Part shown: in pieces, positions 50,684 through 63,635 of the stretch
Position numbering within the stretch: the stretch's first letter is position 1
Layout: each line of letters opens with the position of its first letter
Source: Squalus acanthias
Taxonomy: Eukaryota
Assembly (NCBI GenBank): GCA_030390025.1
Contig: CM059444.1
Coordinates: 12,338,001-12,402,000, forward strand
Direction: 5' to 3'
DNA length: 64,000 nucleotides
Notes under the pieces: model-generated
What the model saw: only the letters and a program-made list of their open reading frames with translations
What the model was told of the DNA's origin: nothing
Database searches by the model: none
Position numbers and translations under genes: made by a program

Positions 50684-51084
50684 TATTCTTGGGATGTGGG
50701 CATCGCTGGCAAGGCCGGCACTTCCTGCCTATCCCTACTTGCCCTGAGAAGGTGGAGGACTGCCGCCTTGAACCGATGCAGTGTGTGTTTGTAGCTGTTT
50801 GGATACAACGGAGTGGCTTGCTAGGCCGCTTCAGAGGGCAGTTAAGAGTCAACGCTGGTGTGGGACTGGAGTCACACACAGGCCAGACCGGGTAAGGATG
50901 GCAGGTAGCATTAGTGAACCCATTGAATTTTTGCGACAATCCAACAGCTTCGTGGTTACTTTTACTGATACCAGCTTTTTATTACCAGATTATTTTAAAC
51001 TGAATTCAGACTGCCATGGTGGGATCTGAACTCGCATTCTCCTGGATTATTAGTCCATTAACATAACCACTATGCTACCGTCCC
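50684..51084 (-). mobile_element. tRNA-derived SINE family B with a LINE-A-type 3' tail
   Basis: Head homologous to 1-238; tail homologous to 7020-7125. Confidence 0.78.
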
Positions 51085-52229
51085 CTGAATTTTCTCCCCC
51101 TGAAGGTAGTGACGTGCTTGGGGTATCCTTTCACAGCTGTTGCCAGACCTCTGAAGCCACTTCCTTACGGGCGAGCCCGGGCAGTGAGTGCCATCAAGGT
51201 ATGTGACAGTGGGAGTGTGACCCTGTTCTGAGCTGAGGTTTGCGCATGAGCACTTTCCAACAAGGGTCACTTGATAATAGTATGAAGTTGGAATGGTAAT
51301 TTTTACATTTTTTGCTGCTACTTCTCCCTTTCCCAGTCCTCAAGCTCAGGCTTACTGAAATAAACCTCAGCTTCTCTGGCTAAAATCAGCTAGCTCAGCA
51401 CAGACTAGTAATTGAGCCTGGAAATTTCCTGGTTGATATTGCTCAGCATCGAATCCCATGGTGCATTTGCTCACTGAGCTGTCAAGGGAGAGCCCAATTG
51501 ATGTTCATTTGGTACAGGAACCAATTACTAAAGCATCTTTGGTTCAGTGAGTAGTAGAATGAAGCTTGATGTGGGTTTTTTTTTATTAAACTTCTGCTGA
51601 TGCTGAGCCACCGGGAAAGGCCGAAGCTCACTCATGCTGTGATCACCTTTATTAACAAATATGCAAAGGAATTCTCTTGATACCATCTGCAAGTAATTGA
51701 TATGGTTCTACGAAGCATTACTGTCTTGATTTGACAACTAAAGCCAAACTCCTCATTGCAGCGTTGCTCCAAGATGGACTGCAAATACCTGCCTTGTGTT
51801 CTATGATGGAATTCATATACTGTATAGGGGAAAATAAATGAGTAAGCATTATAATTACTTACCAGTGGGTATAGTCTTTCTCATTCTCATGACTGGATCT
51901 CTTCCACTTACAAAGTTCTTTTGGTATTCTCTCAAGACCTGTACATGGGGCTCACTGCTGGAGTGCTTTGAGCTTCAATGTTCTCTTTTGCCACCTCTTC
52001 TTCATATTTAGCTCATTTCAACTTGGTCTCTTCTGTTATTGTTTCAATCCAAGGAACTGGGGATGAGCAAATCCAGAATGAGCCTTTGTATCCAACACAC
52101 ACTTGGAGCAGATCTAATGGTTTGCATGACTGCTGCAAGATTGATTGTCATCTCCCGTTAGGATTGTGACCTCTTTCTACGTGGAGGTTCAAATGTGATC
52201 AAAGGATGAAGATAGCTACGCCAACCCCC

Positions 52230-52885
52230 TTAACAACAAAAACTCATCTTCAACGTAGTAAAACATCCCAAGGCACTTCACAGACAAAATTTGGCATCAA
52301 GCCATAAAGAGATATTGTGGCAGGTGACCAAAAGCTTGGTCAAAGAGGTAGGTTTTGAGGAGAGCGCAGTAGAGAGGCAGAGAGGTTTAGGAAGGCAATT
52401 CCAGAGCTTAGGGCCTAGGCAGCTGAAGGCATGGCCGCCAATGGTGGAGTGAAAGAAATCAGGGGTGCACAAGAGGCCAGAATTGGAGGAATGCAGAGTC
52501 CTTGGAGGGCTGTAGGGCTGGAAAAGGTTACAGAGATGGGGAGGGGCGAGGCTTGGGAGGGATTTGAACCCAAGATGAGGAATTTAAAATCGAGGGTTCC
52601 TGGTCCAGCAACCCATGTAGGTTAGTTAGCGAGCACAGGATAAATGGGTGAACAGGACTTGTTGCAAGTTAGAATAAGGGCAGCAGAGTTTTGGATAAGC
52701 TTAAGTTTACGGAGGGTGCAAGGTAGGAGGCCAGCCAGGAGACCATTGGAAGAGTCGCGTCTAGAGGTACCAAAGGCGTGGACGAGGATTTCAGGAGCAG
52801 ATGGGCTGAGGCAGGGTCGGAGATGGGCACTGTTACGGAGGTGGAAGTCGGTGGCTTTGGTGATGGAGAGGTGATGGGGTTTGAA
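52230..52885 (-). mobile_element. L2 LINE 3' fragment
   Basis: FHLRN.AHLRPCLS...LVHAF.TSR.D.SN.LLAG...IQNSAA; GG.AFSCLGPKLWN.LP. Confidence 0.9.
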
Positions 52886-53390
52886 AACAAACATGTCACT
52901 TCACAGCTCCTGCCGTGAAGCAAGCTGTTTGGTGAAGGATGTCTTCAGAAACATTGATGTTTCCCCATGCTAAGTCGATGGATAAATCTGAAGTGGAAAC
53001 TCAATGAGTTTTTCTTTTTGCCACTCTCATCAACCTTTTTGCAAAAATGTGAGAATAGAAATATATCTACCAAAGCACGATGCTTCATCTTGCAGCCTAC
53101 GACCCGGCAAAGCTTGCGTGCAACAACGAGCGGGCAGCTTGGATATCAGGCAGCTACTGGCCTTGAATCACAGCCATGTATTCCACAGCCCTACATCTGC
53201 TTCTGTCCAGGCCACCTGAGTTCTTTGCCCTTTTTTTCCACAATATTGTGTTTTGATTTGGTTCTTGCTGACCAGGAAAAAGTGCTTCCCATCGATAGGA
53301 GTGTAGATTTTGAGGAGATGCTTGCACTTTGTTTTCGTCAAGAGTCTTAAATGCTTTAGCATGTTGTGGAATCATTCTGAGCAATATAAC

Positions 53391-53393
<3 letters not shown>

Positions 53394-53436
<43 letters not shown>
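53394..53436. repeat. (CT)n microsatellite, ~21 units
   Basis: Directly visible, ~110 nt upstream of the 53544 acceptor. Confidence 0.95.
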
Positions 53437-53440
<4 letters not shown>

Positions 53441-53543
53441 ATGTTGGCTATTATTGTTTGAAATGTTTTACACTTACAGCTGTTCACTTTTACAAAGCCC
53501 TGTGCTTTCTGCTTGTCTAACAAATTTGTTTTGCCTTACCAAG

Positions 53544-53676
53544 GGTGAAGCTCTAAGGCAGATCTTGGTCAATCGTTACCATGGCAACGTCAGGTCAGTA
53601 GGTAGAAGAGACAGCCTGACTAATTTTCACAATGGTCCACTGTTAGCAGGAGGGATCAACAAATCTCTTGAACGAG
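53544..53676 (+). CDS. ITPR1: ITPR1 exon (133 nt, phase 0-1): [44 protein letters not shown], containing the second PKA site
   Basis: ttaccaag acceptor, G|gtaaga donor; matches [33 protein letters not shown]; RRDS at 53604-53615 corresponds to ~Ser1755. Next exon not found in the window. Confidence 0.95.
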
Positions 53677-53777
53677 GTAAGATATTTCTTTTTGCCGCAG
53701 TCCAGCTACCACATGATGCAAGTCTTTGAGATTAGTTGCAACCCACTGTATTCGATTAACACTGCCAGTTTTGTAAT

Positions 53778-53990
53778 AACAACGAAAAATGCTCGAAACA
53801 CTCAGCGGGTCAGGCAGCATCTGTGGAGAGGGAAACCGAGCTAATGTTTCAAGTTAATGACCTCTCATCAGAACTGGAAGATGTTCGAGATGAACAGCTT
53901 TTAAGCAAGTACAGAGCCAGGGAAAAGAACAAAAGGGGGAGATCTGCAATAGGGTGGAGAGCAGGCGTGATTAAATGATGATAAAAGTGA
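53778..53990 (-). mobile_element. Penelope-like terminal repeat relic with a degenerate minimal hammerhead motif
   Basis: rc agtt-CTGATGA-gaggtcattaactt-GAAAC-attagct; homologous to 9005-9160. Confidence 0.6.
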
Positions 53991-55063
53991 TTGATGCTTC
54001 CAGTTTTCTGGCAGATTATAAATGGGCCATATCAGTTTTGCAAAAACTGTACTAGATTAAATTTGGCGGCAAGCCTGTAGCGTTGGATGCCTGAATGCTT
54101 ATGTGGCAGCCCAGGTATAATCGGAATGTATTTGGTGGCTACCTTAGTCCTGCCTGTGAGATGTCCACGAAACCTCAGTGAAATCAGCTTTTGTTGTTTT
54201 CAAATGAAGACTAAGGGAATTTCTGCAGCTAACTCGTGACAGCAGCCCACTGAACTTGCTCAAGCTAACTGCCCTGATTTGGTCTAGCTTGGATTATTTT
54301 AGTACAATATGTCTGCACTGATATTACAGCACGTTTTCTGCCCCTGGCTGCTGTTCAATTTACTAATTTAATATTAATCTGTGTCATTCCAAAAACAAAC
54401 AAAGTGACTTCCAGTGGGGAAAGATACTGAGCAAACTTTCTTTTAATTGTTGTGAGGTTGAGACTTCCATCAGCGCTGATTTGAGAAGACCTCCCCTCTA
54501 AGCATTGTACTGTATGTTCTGTTGTTAATACTGCCCCCGTGAGTTGGAGCTGTCCTCAAAGACGGGAGGTTAAGGACGAATATCGCATCCTCTTTGTTTT
54601 GTTTTGTTTCGATAACCTCTGCTGAAGTTTGGGCGTAGTTGACTAACGCCCTGATATGGTTTGGCATCAACATGCCGAGAAAAAGTTGGAATCCCCCAGC
54701 TCAAGCTTCTATATTGCAGACACAGCAGAGGAATACCTTGCACTTATTAAACGTAGGAGATTATTAAGCCAAGTACAACGGGACACAGCAGGGATTTGAA
54801 GCCAATCCAACAGCGAGCTGCCTCTAAAATGTGCAGATATGGCACATTTAACAGGCTTATTCCTCAGCACCAATTATTGCCAACACCCTGTCATTTAATT
54901 GAATCCAGACAGATAGCTTTATGGTAGCTGAAATAGCATCAGATGTCCTGCTGTTGGCTTTGCAAACGTACTGCGCAAAGCCAAGGCCAATTCAGTCTCT
55001 GCTCCTCGGTTTACCTCAGAAAACTGTGTACACATTTTTAAAATTACCACAGGGAAAAGTTAC

Positions 55064-56068
55064 CTCAGATTATAAATGTCACCAGTCTCTATGCTGTACT
55101 GAATCCCTGGCACGGGCCTCCAAGTAATTAAGAGAGACCATCGATGGATTCAGCAGCTTCTGTTCTGCCAGTAATCAGCAGCTGTCTTGGTTCAGGTTAC
55201 CAGGGGAGTTCACGGAGTCTTACTAATGGGGTACAAAAATAACGGCCGTAACTTAAACCATACTTGCATAGAATTGAGTTACATAGTACTTACAGCACAG
55301 AAACCGGCTATTCGGTGCCGGTGTTTATGCTCCACGCGAACCTACTTCACCAAACCCTATTGACACATCCTTCTATTCCTTTCTCCCTCATGCACTTTTC
55401 TAGCTTATACATCTATGCTATTCACCTCAACCGCTCCTTGAGGTAGCATTGAAGTGATTCCAAAAGAGGAAACATTTCCAAATTGTGCAGTCAACAGTTC
55501 GGCGTTTTGGATTTTAAGTTTTCTTGAATTCTGGTCAGAGAATAAATGTTTTTTTCTCGGGTCAAAAATTAATCGGAAAAACGATCTGATCTAATAATTT
55601 TGGAAGGAACAAACAGAATGCGTTTTAAGTAATTATAAATGGCTCAAATAACGTTAATACGAGTTGGTGCATCAGTAGCTGCTTCCTCCTCATCTCCTCC
55701 TCCCCGGCCCGCCCTCCCTGACCTGACGAAACCTTGTTTCGAGTTCCATGGTGAAGGAGGCATTGAGCAAGCAGCAACTGGTGTACCAACTCCTCTTACT
55801 GTTATACTTTGTGAGGCCGCCACAAACATTTATTGTTTACTCAAATAAACACATATTGCAGGTGCGCTGTAACTCCAGGCCACCCATTTGTACCCCATTA
55901 GTAGGCCTCTGTAGTCTCCTCTTGTAACTTGAACTAAGACAGCTGCTGATTAACAGCATAGCAGAAGCTATTAAATCCATCAATGCTCCCTCTTAATTGC
56001 TTGGCGGTCCTACTAGACATGCCAGGGCTTCACTGCAGCCCAGAGATTGGTGACATTTATAATCTGAG
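55064..56068. repeat. Long inverted repeat: arms ~55064-55237 and ~55887-56068, ~650-bp spacer
   Basis: ctcagattataaatgtcacca / tggtgacatttataatctgag and taatcagcagctgtctt / aagacagctgctgatta are exact reverse complements; roughly 80% identity over the inner 99 bp by manual alignment. Confidence 0.92.
55265..55447 (-). mobile_element. Old CR1 3' fragment inside the inverted-repeat spacer
   Basis: tacagcacagaaaccggctattcgg...ccttctattcctttctccctcatg; reverse complement of the 20070-20270 type. Confidence 0.7.
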
Positions 56069-56626
56069 AGAAGGTGATGTGCGCGCTAGACTAAAAGGCA
56101 AAAGTGCTGAATGTGTCACAACAAAGCTGCAATATGCTGACATTGGCATTCCTGGCTTTTATCAGATTTAACTCTTGATTTTAGGAGTTGCCTTTCGGAT
56201 GGTAATAATCAGGTTAACCCTAAAACCAGAGAGCTTATAAATAATGCTTATGAAGCGTTTGTTCGAAATGGGATATTGTGAAAACAATAGGCCAGCAACA
56301 AGTCCAGCATGAACCGCCCAACAGGTGAATCTTTCTGTAGGGAAGGGGCATTAAGAAGTAATAATTGAAAGAAACACACTGCAATATATTTCCTTCCTGC
56401 TGCCAATGTGATTGAAGAACTTGCACCAACTTTTCTGCTCGTATTAGCGCCGGGGAAAATCTGTTGAAGCCTGCCTCACGTTCGCTGTGGCACACCCAGA
56501 AGTCTGGCACAAGGACTTTACGGAAACTGGACAGTTTAATTGGGGGAGAAGTTCTTGTAACCCACCAAGAAACCGTTTGCATCAGACTTCACGCAGTATT
56601 TATGGAAATAGCTGGTAAATGATCAC

Positions 56627-57550
56627 AAATATACATTAATGACTTGGACTTGGGGTTGCAGGACACAATTTCGAAACTTGCCAATGACACGAAATTTGGA
56701 AGTGTAGTAAACAGTGAGGAGGATAGTAATAGACTTCCAAGAGGTCATAGACAGGCTGGTGGAATGGGCGGACACATGGCAGATTAAATTCAACGCAGAA
56801 AAGTGTGAGGTGATACATTTTGGTTGGAAGAATGAGACCATACATACTAAAGGGTACAATTTTAAAGGGAGTGCAAGAAGAGAGCGACCTGGGGGTGTTT
56901 GTGCACAAATCTTTGACAAAGCAGTTAAAGCATAATCCTGGGATCCTGGGCTTTATAAATAGAGGCACAGAGTACAAAAGCCAGGAAGTTATGCTAAACC
57001 TGTATAAAACACTAGTTCGGCCCCAGCTGGAGTATTGTGTCCAATTCTGGGCACCACACTTTAGGAAGGACGTGAAGGCTTTGGAGAGGGTGCAGAAGAG
57101 ATTTACTAGAATGGTTCCAGGGATGAGGGATTGCAGTTACGTGGACAGACTGGAGAAGCTGGGGTTGTTTTCCTTAGAGCAGAGAAGGCTAAGAGGAGAT
57201 TTGATAGAGGTGTTTAAAATCATGAAGGGTTTAGATAGAGTAAATAAAGAGAAACTGTTTCCAATGGCTGAAGGGTCGATAACCAGAGGGCACAGATTTG
57301 GCGATTGGCAAAAGAACCAGAGACGACACGAGGAAAAAGTTTTTTATGCAACAAGTGATTAGGATTTGAAATGCACTGCCTGATCGGGTGATGGATACAG
57401 ATTAAATAGTAGCCTTCGAAAGGGAATTGGATAAGTATTTGAAGGAGAAAAAAATTGCAGGGATATGGGGAAAGAGCGGGGGAGTGGGACCCACATGGAT
57501 TGCTCTTCGAATGGCCTCCTTCTGTACTGTACTAATCTATAATTCTATGA
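56627..57550 (+). mobile_element. CR1 LINE 3' ~920 bp, frameshifted
   Basis: EWADTWQIKFNAEKCEVIHFG; LYKTLVRPQLEYCVQFWAP; aattctatga tail. Confidence 0.92.
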
Positions 57551-58821
57551 AATGCGCCACCAAGGGATGCTTATAAAAAGTGGAGGTGTGGAATGTTACT
57601 CCTGCTGGTTGTGTTCTGAAGGATTAATGGAGGCCCCAGTTTGAATACATCTCAATTAATATTTGCCAGGCTCAGCGCAGGTTCTGCATTCTCAGCCAGG
57701 TCCTCCAAGGAATATAGGGGAAAACTGACTGGATAATTCCTCTTGCGTATTGCTCAAATGCTCCCTTGGACATTGAAGCAAGAAGCAGCACTGGCCGCAC
57801 CTGTGGGGATGTCTACTCGTGGGGATCTCCTCCCTGAGGCTAGCACACTTGCTAACTTGAAGGGGCGATGGAGAAAATGGTGTAAAGTTTAAAAAGCGTT
57901 TCATCCAGAATTTTGAACCTACAGAACTCCTCATTTGTGATTCAGATTTTTGTTCCTGGCACAACCTCCTGTATAATCTGCATTCTAGACTCTCGCTTGC
58001 ATTGCACAAATGTTTGTGAGTGTTTATACAGACATGGTGATGAAACACAGTCAAATGACTCCATGGAAATAATTGGCAGACGTCCAAGGGTGCTTTCATG
58101 GGAAAATATTCGGTAGTTCACTTATTCTATGGACTTTGAAGTAATAGTAATGTGTAGGCACGAGTTGACGGGCTTGTTTGGTAGTGAAATCTAATGGGAG
58201 GGTGGTGAAAGAATTAAAGCTGGGAATTTGTTCCACATTCTTGGTAATTATGATCAAACTAGCTACCCGTCTCTGTGTTTCACTGTTATTTATCGTAACC
58301 AGCCTTTACTTTTACACCCATTTCATGCTGAAAGCACTAATTGTGATACATCTAGAATAGGAAGCTGTTGCAAGCCGACATTGTAAGGGAACCTGGCCAT
58401 TGGCAGATCGTGTCATCAATGATTTGTCAGTGGGTAAATTGCCAGTCACTAGTGGGGGGGTGGGGGGGGGGCTAACTTTCCCGAAATTGATTGTTCCTCT
58501 ATTTTCAGTACTGCTCCAGTGGGCATCATGAAAGACCTTGCAGAATTGTGCCCACCTGTTTGAATGCCACTTGAGCCCCACCAGTATTGATAGTGCAGAT
58601 TGCTTACCTGCCCGACTGCTTTTGGTGCTTTTGTTTTTAACTTGGTATGTTTCCAAATATGGTGTCTGCTTGCTGGGTGGGGTGAGGGGAAGATGCCATA
58701 AATCAACTTTATAGCTCATATGTCCTAGTCAGATTTTACAAAGGATTCTGCGTGTGCATATCTCTAAAGATGTAAATAAAGCCCATAACCAATAATGGAT
58801 TCCACAGAGGAGAATCCGATT

Positions 58822-61395
58822 ACAACAACAATAACTTGTATTTATATAGCGCCTTTAACGAAGTAAAACGTCCCAAGGCGCTGCACAGGAGTATTTTAAG
58901 ACAAAAAATTTGACACCGAGCCACATAAAGAGAAATTAGGGCAGGTGATCAAAAGCTTGGTTTTAAGGAGCGTCTTAAAGGAGGAAAGAGAGGTAGCGAG
59001 GCGGACAGGTTTAGGCAGGGAATTCCAGAGCTTAGGGCCCAGGCAACAGAAGGCACGACCACCAAAGGTTGAGCGATTTATAATCAGGGATGCTCACGAG
59101 GGCAAAATTAGAGGAGCGCAGATATCTCCGGGGAGGTTGTGGGGCTGAAGGAGATTACAGAGATAGGAAGGGGCGAGACCATGGAGGGATTTGAAAACGA
59201 GGATGAGAATTTTGAAATCGAGGCGCTGCTTAACCAGGAGCCAATGTAGGTCAGCGAGCACAGGGGTGATGGGTGAACGGGACTTGGTGCGAGTTAGGAC
59301 ACGGGCAGCCGAGTTTTGGATGACCTCAAGTTTACGTAGGGTGGAGTGTGGGAGGCCAGCCAGGAGTGCGTTGGAATAGTCAAGTCTAGAGGTAACAAAG
59401 GCATGGATGAGGGTTTCAGCAGCGGATGAGCTGAGACAAGGGTGGAGACAGGTGGTGTTATGGAGGTGGAAGTAGGCGGTCTTAGTTATGCTGCGGATAT
59501 GTGGTCGGAAGCTCATTTCAGGGTCAAATATGACACCAAGGTTGCGAACAGTGTGGTTCAGCCTCAGACAGATGTTGGGGAGACGGATGGAGTCAGTGGC
59601 TAGGGAGCGGAGTTTGTGGCGGGGACCGAAAACACTGGCTTCGGTCTTCCCAATATTTAATTGGAGAAAATCTTTGCTCACCCAAAACTGTATGTCGGAC
59701 AAGCAGTCTGACAATTTAGTGACCGTGGAGGGCTCGAGAGAAGAGATAGTGAGGTAGAGCTGGGTGTCGTCAGCGTACATGTGGAAATTGACGCTGTGTT
59801 TTTGGATGATGTCGCCAAGGGGCAGCATGTAGATGAGCAATAGGAGCCAGCCAAGGATAGATCCTTGGGGGACACCAGAGGTAACGATGCGGGAGCGGGA
59901 AGAGAAGCCGTTGCAGGTGATTCTCTGGCTATGATTAGATAGATAAGAATGGAACCAGGCGAGTGCAGTCCCACCCAGCTGGACGACAGGTGGAGAGGCG
60001 TTGGAGAAGGATGGAGTGGTCAACCGTGTCAAAGGCTGCAGACAAGTCAAGAAGGATGAGGAGGGATAGTTTACCTTTGTCACAGTCACAAAGGATGTCA
60101 TTTGTTACTTTGATGAGAGCCGTTTCGGTACTGTGGCAAGGGCGGAAACCTGATTGGAGGGATTCAAACATGGAATTGCAGGAAAGATGGGCACGGATTT
60201 GGGAGGCGACAACACGTTCAAGGACTTTGGAGAGGAAAGGGAGGTTGGAGATGGAGCGGTAGTTTGCAAGGACCCAGGGATCAAGGGTTGGTTTTTTGAG
60301 GAGAGGGGTGATGACGGCAGATTTGAGGGAGAGGGGGACAGTACCTGAGGAGAGCGAACCATTAACAATATCAGCTAATATGGGAGCCAGAAAAGGAAGT
60401 TGGGTGGTCAGCAGTTTGGTGGGAATAGGGTCGAGGGAGCAGGAGTTGAGTCTTATGGACAAGATGAGCACAGAGAGGTCATGAGGGGAGATCAGAGAGA
60501 AACTGGAGAAAGATGTGAGTTCAGGGCTGGGACGGGGGGACCTTAGAGACGTTTGACCCAGTGGGCTAGGGGAAGGAAGGGAAGTAGAAGAGGCAGCTGA
60601 AAGGATAGTGTCAATCTTGGAGACAAAGAAGTCCATGAGCTCCTCATACTTGTTATTGGAGGTGAGGGTGGAGGAGACAGGGGAGAGGGGTTTAAGACGA
60701 TGGTTAGCAGTAGAGAATAGGAGCTGGGGTTTATCTTTGCATTCCAGAATGATTCTGGAATAGTGAGCAATTTTGGCAGATGAGAGCAGGGCCTGATGAT
60801 GCTTTATGTGGTCCAGCCAGATCTGGTGGTGAATGGCTAAACCATATCCATTCGAGTCTGCGTCCCTTGGACTTAAGGGATCGAAGATGAGAGCTGTACC
60901 AGGGGGAACAGCCAGGGTGAGAGAGGGTAATTGTTTTAGTAGGGACTAGGGCATCAAAGGTGGTGGTGAGGGTATGGTTGAGCAGATCGGTAGCTGCAGA
61001 AATGTCATGGTGAATGGAGGGCCAGAGGCTGGACAGTTGGGATTTCATAAGTGCAGTTGTAAGAAAGTTGGGAGAGAGTTTTTTCCAGGGGCGGACACGG
61101 AAGGAAGTAGGGTGGTGGAAGTGGGGAATGTGAGTGGAGAGCGATACGAGGAAATGGTCAGAGATGGCTTTATCTGCAAGGTCGAGGGGGTGGCTGTGAA
61201 TATGGGTTGGGGAGTTTACATGGAAGCAGAGATTAAGGGAGGATAAGAGGCTAGTGAATTCAGGAGAGAGAGCATGATGAATTGAGATGGAGGTTGAAAT
61301 CACCGAGGATGAGAAGTCGTTCGGTGCAGAGGCTGAGTAATAAATTTTTTTATGGTACTTGGGTGGGTGGTAGAGAACAAGAATTTTAAATGAGA
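58822..61395 (-). mobile_element. L2 LINE, ~2.6 kb, degraded ORF2 (partial endonuclease plus RT)
   Basis: [81 protein letters not shown]; (caa)n tail; several frameshifts. Confidence 0.95.
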
Positions 61396-61419
61396 GGGGT
61401 GGAGTAAGATTACCAACCA

Positions 61420-61810
61420 ATTTCACCAGAATAATCCAGGGTTTAGAGGATTACATTATGAGGACCGGTTGCATAAATGTGGCTTGTATTCCCTTGAGTT
61501 TAGGTTGAGGGAGTGACCTGATTGAGGAGTTTAAAATGCTAAAATATTTGACCGGGTAGATACAGAGAAACTCTTTCCTCTGGTGGGGGTATCCAGTGCA
61601 AGGGACATGATCTTAAAATTAGAGCTAGGCCACTCGGGAGCAAAATCAGGAAGCACTTTTTCCACACAAAGGGTAGTAGATATTTGGATTAGGGTATCTC
61701 GGGATATGGAGCAAAGACGGGTCAATGAAGTTGAGGTGGAGATCAGCAATGATCTAATTGAATGGCCGAACAGGCCTGAGGGGCTGATTGGCCTACTCCT
61801 GTTCCTAACT
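61420..61810 (+). mobile_element. CR1 3' fragment
   Basis: ttcaccaga...tatgaggaccggttg...ttttccacacaaagggtag...ggcctactcctgttcct. Confidence 0.85.
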
Positions 61811-63156
61811 TAATCAAGGCTATTCAAAACTATTGGGGAATTTTTTTTTTAATATATTGACATGATACATAAAGTGGCATTGCTGATGAGGGTGTGTGGT
61901 TCAAAGAGTCTCTCATCCATGCTCTAAGTAGGGTTTGAAGGTAAAGCAGTTGTTTGTTCTTGTGCACACACACACCCAAGAATTACAGGGATATTAAACC
62001 TGCAAGGTTTTCGAACATGTCTTTTAGATGGCACACCAGTCCAACCCATGATCAGCTCTCGGAATTATTTTTCAACTAGCGTGCAGACTCTTTGGCTTTC
62101 CAGAGTTTAATTACCGTATCCATTTCTTCTTTTGTGTTTTTTAAGTTTCCCAGTGCGCTCTTAGAACAAGTTTTCTTCATTTTTATATATCACTTGAGCA
62201 AGGTATGACCTTACTTGGTATCTGTTTATTAGTTAACTCAAATTACTGTTTTGCCTTTTTCTCCCCGCCCCCCACCCTAAGGGACTTTGAAGTTAGTTGA
62301 GTCTCTCGTAAAGTTATTCTGGCCTTAACTCGTGATTGTTGTCCCAATTGCATTCCAGCCTTTCCGCATCATTGACTGCCCATACTGTTCGTTTCTCCTG
62401 TAGGGCAAAGAACTGCTCAGAAGTCAAGTTCCATGTTAAAGGATCAGATAAATGCCAGTTAACAGTCTAGCCAGAAACAGCTCCTCAGTGGATTTGAGCA
62501 GACTGAAATGCATCTTGGGCTAGTTTCTGCATCATTACCCCAGCTTAAACTAGGGTGTCAGGTTAACAGATGTGATTCTCCAGCTCATCTGTGTTTTGTG
62601 GATGCCAGTCGTTCAGTACTAGCCTTTGCTGACCGCTGCTCATCGGTCTCTCTGGCTTTTTTCCACATGGGTGTAGTTCTAACGGGTCTTGCCATACATT
62701 TCCTCCAAGGAGGTCGGTTGCAACCCTTGCCAATGCTTTTGCCATGGGAATTGCATTGGCTTCTGTGTCAACTCATGTACTTCTGTCCCCCCCCCCTGTT
62801 TAATCATGATTTAGCCTTCTGAGTTTATCCAATAATGAATCATTGAAAGATTAATGGCAAAATTGGGGTTCAAGCCAATAGATAAATGGAAATGTCAATG
62901 TTGACGCATTGCAGTTCTGGTGTGACGTTCGCAGCCTCTTTCCCTGTTTGGCACAGAAAAAGCATCATCTTTCCTTCATTGTGATGGGCAACATCAATGT
63001 AGAACCCACCTTCAGTTGTGTTGAGAGCCTGTGCAGACAACTGAATGAAGTTCTATGGTGAAGAAAACACTGAAGATGCAGCTGATGACGCACATTAGCT
63101 TCTTTCAGCATTATAATTTGTGACGGTGCTTGTAAGGATTAATTATTTAAAGTATC

Positions 63157-63635
63157 TTCAGAATGATACCGGGGCTAAAAGAGTTAAATTATGAAGACAG
63201 GTTGCATAGACTAGATTTGTATTCCCTCAAGTATAGAAGATTGAGGTGTGATCTAATTGAGGTTTTTAAGATGATTAACAGATTTGATAGGGTAGATAGA
63301 GAGAAACTATTTCCTCTGGTGGGGGGGGGGGGGGGAGTCCAGATCAAGGGGGCAGAACCTTAAAATTAGAGCTAGGCCGTTCAGGGGTGATGTCAGGAAG
63401 CACTTCTTCACACAAAGATAAATCTCAAATTCTCTCCCCCAAAATACTGTTGAGACTGGGGGTCAGTTGAAAATTTAAATACTGAGATGGATAGATTTTT
63501 GTTAGGCAAGGGTGTTAAGGGATATGGAACCAGGGCAGGTAAATGGCGTTAAGATACAGATCAGCTATGATCAAACTGAATGGCGGAACAGGCTCGAGGG
63601 GCTGGATGGCCTACTCCTGTTCCTGTGATCCTATT
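63157..63635 (+). mobile_element. CR1 3' fragment
   Basis: MIPGLKELNYEDRLHRLDLYSLKYRRLRCDLIEVFK; ggcctactcctgttcct tail. Confidence 0.88.
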
